Shown here in pieces: positions 34,721-41,471 of a stretch of 64,000 nt of DNA. Source of the DNA: Acidobacteriota bacterium (GTDB taxonomy: Bacteria; Acidobacteriota; Terriglobia; Terriglobales; SCQP01); the NCBI GenBank assembly GCA_004299485.1, contig SCQP01000002.1:232966-296965 (forward strand), written 5' to 3'. Under the pieces are notes generated by a model. That model saw nothing but the letters and a program-made list of their open reading frames with translations. It searched no databases and was not told where the DNA came from. The position numbers and the translations under genes are program-made. Within the stretch, counting starts at the first letter, position 1. Each line of letters begins with the position of its first letter.

Positions 34721-37108
34721 ATGAACAAGGAATTGTATGTTTCGTCCACCCCCCATGAAACGCGTTTGGCCCTGGCGGAAGATGGGGAAATTGCCGAAGT
34801 CTATTACGAACGCGAAAAAGAGTATTCGCTAGCCGGTTCCATTTATAAGGGTCGCGTGACGCGGGTGCTGCCCGGCATGCAGTCTGCCTTTGTGGATATT
34901 GGCTTGGAGCGGGACGCGTTTCTCTACGTTTCCGACTTTTTTGAAGACAGCGAAGAGTACGACCGCGTCGTCAGCGAGGCCGAAAGCGCGGTGGCGCAAC
35001 TGGAGCGGCCGGCCGCCGGGCCGCCGGAACCCTCTGCTGCAGCCGAACCGCCGGAAGCGCCGGCAGGCGGCGAGTTGCGCGACGATCGCCGGGGTCGCCG
35101 CGGGCGCCATCGCGGCCGCCGGGGCCGCAGCGGTATTCCGGAAGAAAAATTCGCTCGCCCCTCCGATGCGGGTGCACCGGAGCCGGCTGCGCTGGAAGAG
35201 AACGCACCTGCGCCTGCGGCTCCTGCCGCGGCCGCGGCATTCGTGCTGCCGGGTGAGTCGCTGGCCAAATATCGCCATCCCTTGCCGCCACCGCAGGCGA
35301 AAGTTGAGCCAGCGCCTGCGCCCGCGCGCCCAGCGGAAAAACCTCCGGCGCCGGCGCCCGCATCCGCTGCGGCATTCGTGCTGCCGGGGGAATCGCTGGC
35401 CAAGTATCGCCACCGCCAACAAACACCTGAAGAACCCGCCATCGAGCCAGAAGCCGAGCCGGAAGTGGTAACGCCCCCGGTGCTGGCTGAGATCGAAGCC
35501 AACGGTGGCGAAGCCGAGCCTGACGATGCCATGGCTGCCGCGGTCGCCGGCATAGAGGCGGAAGAAGACCAGTTCCAGCCCGATGCTCCGCTGGCAGCCG
35601 GGAAAGGGGAAGAAGACGAAACCGAGGAGGTAGCCGAGGCTGGTGAAGAGTTCGAGGCGGAAGATCCCGGCCAGGAACCTGGGGACAGCGATGATGCCAG
35701 CGCCGCCGTCCGCGCGCCCGAGCCCGAAGCCCGCTTGCAGGCGCCCGCGCGCGGCGACGAGGAGCGGCGCCGCGAACGCCGTGGCGGACGTCGCCATCGC
35801 CGCCGCCGGGGCGAAGGTCCTGCCACCGGCGCTGCGGCTGCTCCGGCTGAGGCGTCGGCGCCCGCGCCGGTGACGCGCGAGCCGCGCGAAGGCAAAAATG
35901 AATCGTCCCGCCTGATCAGCGACCTGCTGCACGAAGGCCAGGAGATTCTGGTCCAGATCGCCAAGGAGCCCATCGGCAAAAAAGGCGCGCGCATCACCAG
36001 TCATCTGGCGCTGCCCGGCCGTTATCTCGTCTACATGCCGACGGTGCATCACATCGGCGTGTCCCGCCGCATCGCCTCCGACGAAGAACGCGCCCGCCTG
36101 AAGCGCATCATTCTCGAACATACGCAGGAGCTGCCCGGTGGTTTCATCGTCCGCACCGCCGGCGCCGGCGCCAGCGAGGAAGAGCTGCGGGCCGACATCC
36201 GGCTGCTGGCCAATCTCTGGAATGATCTGCGCACGCAGTTTGACAGTGTGCGCTCGCCCGCCCTGTTGCATCACGACCTCGATCTGGTGGAGCGCACCCT
36301 GCGCGACCAGCTCTCGAAAGACTTCACCCACATCTGGGTCGACGCGGACGAGCAGTTTCAGCGCGTGTCCAAATTCGTGAGCCTGTTCATGCCGCAGTTG
36401 GTCGACCGGCTGCGCCTGTACACGCGCGAGGAGCCGATGTTCGAGCACTTTGGCGTGCAGGAAGAGATCAACAAGGCCTTACACAGCAAGGTTTGGCTCA
36501 AATCCGGCGGCTACATCGTCATCAATCAGACCGAAGCATTGGTGGCGATTGACGTCAACACCGGCAAATACGTGGGCAAATCCAACCGCCTCGAAGACAC
36601 CATCGTCAAGACCAACGTCGAAGCGATCAGGGAGATTGTCCGCCAAATTCGACTGCGCGACCTGGGCGGCATTATCGTCATCGACTTCATCGACATGGAC
36701 GAGCGCAAGAACCGTCAGAAGGTGCTGCAGGCGCTCGATGAAGCCATGCGGGCCGACCGTGCGCCCTCCAAGGTCCTGGCCTTCAACGATTTCGGTCTGG
36801 TGGCGCTCACCCGTAAGCGCGTCAAGCAGTCCCTCGAACGCACCCTCGGCAGCCCCTGTCCCTATTGCGAAGGAGTCGGCCTGGTGAAGTCGCCGGTGAC
36901 GGTCTGCAATGAGATTTATTCCGAGGTCAAGCGCCTGGCGCCCTCCATCGAGCGCGACGATTTGGTGCTGCGCGTAAACCCGGAAATCGCCAAGCTGCTG
37001 AAAGCGCAGAGCGCCCAGCGCTTGCGCGAGATGGAAGATTTGGTGCGCAAGGCGATTTCGGTGCGCCCCGATCCGCAAGTCCACCAGGAGCGCTTCGAGA
37101 TTTACTGA
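34721..37108 (+). CDS. rne: Ribonuclease E/G family endoribonuclease with large low-complexity insertion in the S1 domain
   Basis: The S1 first half is GSIYKGRVTRVLPGMQSAFVDIGLERDAFLYVSD. About 310 aa later the sequence resumes with LHEGQEILVQIAKEPIGKKGARITSHLALPGRYLVYMP. Catalytic core AIDVNTG and Zn-link CPYCEGVG. GAGGAG precedes ATG 34721. Confidence 0.9.
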   Translation: MNKELYVSSTPHETRLALAEDGEIAEVYYEREKEYSLAGSIYKGRVTRVLPGMQSAFVDIGLERDAFLYVSDFFEDSEEYDRVVSEAESAVAQLERPAAGPPEPSAAAEPPEAPAGGELRDDRRGRRGRHRGRRGRSGIPEEKFARPSDAGAPEPAALEENAPAPAAPAAAAAFVLPGESLAKYRHPLPPPQAKVEPAPAPARPAEKPPAPAPASAAAFVLPGESLAKYRHRQQTPEEPAIEPEAEPEVVTPPVLAEIEANGGEAEPDDAMAAAVAGIEAEEDQFQPDAPLAAGKGEEDETEEVAEAGEEFEAEDPGQEPGDSDDASAAVRAPEPEARLQAPARGDEERRRERRGGRRHRRRRGEGPATGAAAAPAEASAPAPVTREPREGKNESSRLISDLLHEGQEILVQIAKEPIGKKGARITSHLALPGRYLVYMPTVHHIGVSRRIASDEERARLKRIILEHTQELPGGFIVRTAGAGASEEELRADIRLLANLWNDLRTQFDSVRSPALLHHDLDLVERTLRDQLSKDFTHIWVDADEQFQRVSKFVSLFMPQLVDRLRLYTREEPMFEHFGVQEEINKALHSKVWLKSGGYIVINQTEALVAIDVNTGKYVGKSNRLEDTIVKTNVEAIREIVRQIRLRDLGGIIVIDFIDMDERKNRQKVLQALDEAMRADRAPSKVLAFNDFGLVALTRKRVKQSLERTLGSPCPYCEGVGLVKSPVTVCNEIYSEVKRLAPSIERDDLVLRVNPEIAKLLKAQSAQRLREMEDLVRKAISVRPDPQVHQERFEIY
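35234..35412 (+). repeat. Two 44-nt direct repeats within the rne insertion, each encoding AAFVLPGESLAKYRH
   Basis: 35234-35277 versus 35369-35412 differ at 3 third-codon positions by eye (ggt/ggg, gag/gaa, aaa/aag). Confidence 0.85.
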
Positions 37109-37148
37109 TCCCGCGCCTCCCGATCCCTCTCCGTCTGCGAAAGCCAAA

Positions 37149-37176
37149 CTGTAAGCTGTAAACTGTAAACTGTAAG
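37149..37176 (+). repeat. Four tandem heptamers CTGTAAG CTGTAAA CTGTAAA CTGTAAG, 10 nt before ATG 37187
   Basis: Read directly. Followed by CTTTTTTCTT and then ATG. No SD. Confidence 0.9.
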
Positions 37177-37186
37177 CTTTTTTCTT

Positions 37187-37429
37187 ATGTTCATCGAGAA
37201 ACTGGAGCCTGTGGCGGCGCGCGCCGCGATTGCGGCCGGCCGTCAGGTGTACGAATGGAAAACTAAGGATCCGCATCAGTTGCCGATTGTGGGTCCCGCC
37301 TACGACGACCACCCCGGCCGTAACCGGGCCAAGCGCGAAGGCCGCTATGCGGAAACCCTCGAGCAGGCGCAGGCTGTGGCGCACACCATGAATACGGAGA
37401 TAGTGCAGGCCTTCTTTCTCTCGGAGTAG
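37187..37429 (+). CDS. Hypothetical 80-aa protein
   Basis: GC3-rich ORF between rne and pdxS. It is preceded by the same 4x CTGTAAA-type leader found upstream of alaS and queD. Confidence 0.45.
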   Translation: MFIEKLEPVAARAAIAAGRQVYEWKTKDPHQLPIVGPAYDDHPGRNRAKREGRYAETLEQAQAVAHTMNTEIVQAFFLSE

Positions 37430-37433
37430 AGCC

Positions 37434-38315
37434 GTGGAAACCACTAATTTACGTCTGAAAACCGGTCTGGCAGAGATGCTCAAAGGCGGCGTCATTATGG
37501 ACGTCACCGACGCCGCGCAGGCCAAAATCGCCGAAGCCGCCGGCGCAACCGCGGTGATGGCGCTGGAGCGCGTGCCCTCTGACATCCGCAAAGAGGGCGG
37601 TGTGGCACGCATGGCCTCGATCCGCAAGATCCGCGAGATCATGCAGACCGTCTCGATTCCGGTCATGGCCAAGTGCCGCATCGGCCATTTTGTCGAGGCG
37701 CAGATTCTGGAAGCCCTGGGTGTCGACTACATCGATGAAAGCGAAGTGCTCACGCCGGCCGACGAGCAACACCACGTCGACAAGCACGCCTTCACCGTGC
37801 CCTTTGTTTGCGGCGCCCGCAACCTGGGCGAAGCCCTGCGCCGTATCGCCGAAGGCGCGGCCATGATCCGCACCAAGGGCGAGGCCGGCACCGGCGATGT
37901 GGTGCACGCCGTCCGCCATATCCGCACCATCGTGCAGGAGATGAAGCAGCTCACCATCATGAGCGAGCAGGAACTGTTCGCCCGCGCCAAGGAATTGGCC
38001 GCGCCCTATGAGTTGGTACGGCTGGTGGCGCGGGAAGGGAAGCTGCCGGTTCCGAACTTCTCCGCCGGCGGCATCGCCACTCCCGCCGATGCGGCGCTGG
38101 TGATGCAGCTTGGCGCCGAGGCGGTGTTCGTCGGCTCCGGCATTTTTAAATCCGAGGATCCCGCTGCGCGTGCCCACGCCATCGTGCGCGCCGCCACGCA
38201 TTTCCGCGATCCCAAGGTACTGCTCGAAGTCTGCGAAGACCTCGGCGAACCCATGCGTGGCATCAACGCTGCCGCCATGCCCGTGGAGGAGCAGCTCCAG
38301 ACGCGGGGCTGGTAA
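37434..38315 (+). CDS. pdxS: Pyridoxal 5'-phosphate synthase lyase subunit PdxS
   Basis: [59 protein letters not shown] start. Confidence 0.95.
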   Translation: METTNLRLKTGLAEMLKGGVIMDVTDAAQAKIAEAAGATAVMALERVPSDIRKEGGVARMASIRKIREIMQTVSIPVMAKCRIGHFVEAQILEALGVDYIDESEVLTPADEQHHVDKHAFTVPFVCGARNLGEALRRIAEGAAMIRTKGEAGTGDVVHAVRHIRTIVQEMKQLTIMSEQELFARAKELAAPYELVRLVAREGKLPVPNFSAGGIATPADAALVMQLGAEAVFVGSGIFKSEDPAARAHAIVRAATHFRDPKVLLEVCEDLGEPMRGINAAAMPVEEQLQTRGW

Positions 38316-38321
38316 GTCCCG

Positions 38322-38912
38322 GTGTCTCCGAAAATTGGCGTCCTGGCCCTGCAGGGCGATTTTGCCGCCCATGGCGATGCCTTGCGCCGCGAAGGCTGCG
38401 AAGTCGTGTGGGTGAAGCGCTCTGCGGATTTGAAGGACCTTGCCGGGCTGGTGCTGCCCGGCGGCGAGAGCACCACCATGCTGAACTTCCTCGCCGAGAA
38501 CGGTTTCGATCAGAAGCTGCGCGAGGCGGCCAGCCGCCTGCCCACCCTGGCGACCTGCGCGGGCGCCATTCTACTGGCTAAGCGCGTGCGTGCGCCCGAA
38601 CAGCCTTCCCTTGGCCTGCTGGACGTGACCGTGGTGCGCAATGCCTACGGCCGCCAGCGCGAAAGCTCCATTCGTACCGCCGAGGTCGATCCCGCGTTTC
38701 AGGAGACGCTCGGCGCGAAGCAACTCGAGGCAGTTCTGATCCGTGCTCCGCAGTTCGAGGAGCTGGGGCCTGCGGTCCAGGTGGTGGCGCGCGCCGAAGG
38801 CCTGCCAGTTCTGTTGCAGCAAGGCAATTGGATCGCCGCGAGCTTTCATCCGGAACTCTCGCCGCGATCGCAGGTGCATCGCTGGTTCTGTAAGCTGCTA
38901 AAATCCGCGTAA
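38322..38912 (+). CDS. pdxT: Pyridoxal 5'-phosphate synthase glutaminase subunit PdxT
   Basis: IGVLALQGDF, LVLPGGESTT, TCAGAILLA (catalytic Cys), FHPE. Confidence 0.92.
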   Translation: MSPKIGVLALQGDFAAHGDALRREGCEVVWVKRSADLKDLAGLVLPGGESTTMLNFLAENGFDQKLREAASRLPTLATCAGAILLAKRVRAPEQPSLGLLDVTVVRNAYGRQRESSIRTAEVDPAFQETLGAKQLEAVLIRAPQFEELGPAVQVVARAEGLPVLLQQGNWIAASFHPELSPRSQVHRWFCKLLKSA

Positions 38913-40186
38913 TGCCCCTGCACCCTCATCGCCGCGTCCTCGCTCTCGTGTTGGCGGGCGGACGGGGCGACCGGCTGCAGCCGCTCACGCGCTTCCGCTC
39001 CAAGCCCGCAGTGCCCTTCGGCGGGCGTTATCGCATTATTGATTTTGTCCTCAGCAACCTGGTCAATTCCGGCATCACCGCCATTTACATCCTGACGCAA
39101 TACAAGGCGCAGTCGCTCATCAGCCATGTGCAGCGGGCCTGGTGGTTTGTCGGTGGTGGCCAGGACTCGTTTGCCACCATCGTTCCGGCGCAGATGCAGC
39201 TTGGCAATCTCTGGTATCGTGGCACCGCCGACGCCATCTATCAGAACCTCAATCTCATCGAGCAATATGGCGCCGATGCCGTTGCCGTCTTTGGCGCCGA
39301 TCATATCTACAAGATGAATATCGGCCAGATGGTGGACTTCCATTTCGAGCACGGCGCCGAGGCCACCGTCGCCTGTATGCCGGTGGCCGCGGAGCAGGCG
39401 CCCGGTCTGGGCATCGCCGAAGCCGATACCGAGGGCCGCATCCGCGCCTTCGTCGAGAAGCCCGCGCCGGAAGCCGCGCCCCGCATTCCCGGCGACCGCG
39501 ACCGCGTCCTGGCCTCGATGGGCAACTATATTTTCGATACGCGGGTATTGGTCGATGTGCTGCTCGATGACGCCAGCCGCCCCGGTGCCCACGATTTTGG
39601 CCGCTCGATCCTGCCCGCCATGGCCACCTCGCGCCGCGTCTACGCCTACGATTTTTTCAGCAACCGTTTGCCGGTGCATCACGGTTTCGGCCACGAACGG
39701 CCGTACTGGCGCGACGTCGGCACCATCCCGGCCTACTTTGAAGCCAACATGGACCTGCGCAGCGTCACCCCGGAGTTGAACCTGTTCAACTGGTCCTGGC
39801 CCATCATGAGCGCCAATTTCAACCAGCCGCCGGCCAAATTTGTTTTTGACGAGGACGGCCGGCGCGGTCTGGCCCTGCAATCGCTGATTTCGGGCGGTTG
39901 CATCCTGGCCGGCGGCTTCGTGAAGGATTCCGTTCTGGGCCACAACGTCGTGGTGGACGAACGCGCCGAGGTTACCGAATGCGTGGTCATGGATAACGCC
40001 GTAATCGGCCGCGGCGCCCGTCTGCACCGCGCCATCGTCGACAAAAACGCGCACATCGCGCCTGGCGATACCGTCGGTGTCGATCCCCAGCACGATCAGG
40101 AATTGGGCTACACCCGCGACCCGAGCGGCATTACTATCGTGCCCAAGGCCCCGGAAACGCCAGAGAGCCGCGTCCGCTACCGCTAG
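38912..40186 (+). CDS. glgC: Glucose-1-phosphate adenylyltransferase
   Basis: LAGGRGDRLQPLTRFRSKPAVPFGGRYRIIDFVLSN. Left-handed beta-helix C-terminus. TAATG overlap with pdxT. Confidence 0.92.
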   Translation: MPLHPHRRVLALVLAGGRGDRLQPLTRFRSKPAVPFGGRYRIIDFVLSNLVNSGITAIYILTQYKAQSLISHVQRAWWFVGGGQDSFATIVPAQMQLGNLWYRGTADAIYQNLNLIEQYGADAVAVFGADHIYKMNIGQMVDFHFEHGAEATVACMPVAAEQAPGLGIAEADTEGRIRAFVEKPAPEAAPRIPGDRDRVLASMGNYIFDTRVLVDVLLDDASRPGAHDFGRSILPAMATSRRVYAYDFFSNRLPVHHGFGHERPYWRDVGTIPAYFEANMDLRSVTPELNLFNWSWPIMSANFNQPPAKFVFDEDGRRGLALQSLISGGCILAGGFVKDSVLGHNVVVDERAEVTECVVMDNAVIGRGARLHRAIVDKNAHIAPGDTVGVDPQHDQELGYTRDPSGITIVPKAPETPESRVRYR

Positions 40187-40192
40187 TGGCTG

Positions 40193-40249
40193 TCAGCGAT
40201 CAGCGTTCAGCCATGTCCGGCCGCCTCCGGCTGATGGCTGATGGCTGAT
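40193..40249. terminator. Inverted heptamer arrays (TCAGCGA TCAGCGT TCAGCCA / GGCTGAT x3) forming an imperfect long hairpin between convergent glgC and tlpA-like genes
   Basis: Left array 40193-40213, right array 40229-40249, 15-nt GC loop. A bidirectional terminator role is inferred from position only. Confidence 0.45.
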
Positions 40250-40266
40250 CGCCGACGAGCGCCTGG

Positions 40267-40794
40267 CTATTGGCGGGCGGTCTGCCGCTCCGACCGCGCC
40301 AGGCGCTGCAGGAAGGCAATCATATCCGGCGAGGTCCAGTTGGCCACGCTCACCAGTTTGCGCACTAACCGGCCATTGGGACCAATGATGTAGGTCTCGG
40401 GAATCTGCCGTGTTCCATAGCGGTGCATCACCTTCTGCGAAGGGTCGCGCGCAGTAGGATAGCGGATGTGGTAGCGCTCCAGAAAGGTGCGATAGGCCAC
40501 CGGATCTTCATCAATCGACACACCCAGCACAACGACTTGGCTCGAGGGGAGCTGCTGCGCCATGGTGTTCAGCGCCGGCGTCTCCTCAACGCAGGGCGGA
40601 CACCAGCTCGCCCAGAAATTCAGCACCAACACCCGGCCGCGATAGCTCGCCAGCGTAACTTCCTTGCCGTTCAGCAATCTAAGCTGAAAGCTGGGCACCG
40701 TTTGGCCCAGCCGCGCGCGCGAGCTGCAGCCACTCAGCCCAACCAGGCTCAGCAGTGCGGCTGTCGCGAGTGCCATTTGCAGAGTTCGTCGCAA
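40267..40794 (-). CDS. TlpA-like thioredoxin-fold thiol:disulfide oxidoreductase lipoprotein
   Basis: Lipobox LVGLSGC, active site [14 protein letters not shown] start at 40794; an in-frame ATG lies 6 codons downstream. Confidence 0.8.
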   Translation of the reverse strand: MRRTLQMALATAALLSLVGLSGCSSRARLGQTVPSFQLRLLNGKEVTLASYRGRVLVLNFWASWCPPCVEETPALNTMAQQLPSSQVVVLGVSIDEDPVAYRTFLERYHIRYPTARDPSQKVMHRYGTRQIPETYIIGPNGRLVRKLVSVANWTSPDMIAFLQRLARSERQTARQ

Positions 40795-40803
40795 ATCTCA
40801 GAA

Positions 40804-40809
40804 TACAAT
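40804..40809 (+). promoter_or_regulatory. Candidate -10 box (TACAAT) 6 nt before the folE ATG (leaderless geometry)
   Basis: The sequence reads TACAAT agcgat ATG. The intergenic distance to the divergent gene is only 21 nt. Confidence 0.4.
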
Positions 40810-40815
40810 AGCGAT

Positions 40816-41403
40816 ATGCCTACCGAACTTGCGCCCAGGGCAAATACAGACTTGGTCCGCTCCCTGCTGGAGCAGTTGGGCGAAGATCCCAGTCGCGAAG
40901 GCCTGCAGCAGACCCCGGAGCGTTATGCCAAGGCCATGGCCTACCTGACCAGCGGTTACCGCACCGACCTGAACGCCATTCTCAGTAGTGCGCTGTTCAC
41001 GGTGGATTACGACGAGATGGTCATCGTGCGCGACATCGAGGTGTTCAGCCTCTGCGAGCACCACTTGCTGCCGTTTTTTGGCCGCTGCCATGTGGCGTAT
41101 CTGCCCAAGGGCAAGGTGCTGGGGCTGAGCAAAATCCCCCGTCTTGTGGACGCCTTTGCCCGCCGCCTGCAAGTGCAGGAGCGCCTCACCACCCAAATTG
41201 CCGAAACCTTGCAGGATTGGATTCAGCCGCGCGGCGTCGGGGTGGTGATCGAAGCCCGGCACCTGTGCATGATGATGCGCGGGGTGGAAAAGCAGCACTC
41301 CTCCGCAGTGACCAGCCACATGCTGGGCCTGTTTCGCACCTGCGCCGAGACCCGTAGCGAGTTCCTCTCGCTCATCCGCAATAACAGCCCAGAGCGGAAC
41401 TAG
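40816..41403 (+). CDS. folE: GTP cyclohydrolase I
   Basis: [29 protein letters not shown] chose ATG 40816 over the spurious upstream extension that overlaps tlpA. Confidence 0.93.
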   Translation: MPTELAPRANTDLVRSLLEQLGEDPSREGLQQTPERYAKAMAYLTSGYRTDLNAILSSALFTVDYDEMVIVRDIEVFSLCEHHLLPFFGRCHVAYLPKGKVLGLSKIPRLVDAFARRLQVQERLTTQIAETLQDWIQPRGVGVVIEARHLCMMMRGVEKQHSSAVTSHMLGLFRTCAETRSEFLSLIRNNSPERN

Positions 41404-41471
41404 CCCCCCGCATTTGTGGGATACCCGCCGCCCACCTGAATCTCTAATCTGGTCCCCATTCCGGAAGTCAT

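Noticed and set aside
34829-37681. Long minus-strand ORFs (539 aa, 357 aa, 400 aa) opposite rne and the following genes
   Set aside because: They are antisense to well-supported genes (rne, pdxS) with low-complexity Arg/Gly/Ala translations. This is the same high-GC artefact.
38846-40093. 415-aa minus-strand ORF opposite glgC
   Set aside because: It is antisense to an unambiguous glgC, has no motifs, and is a high-GC artefact.
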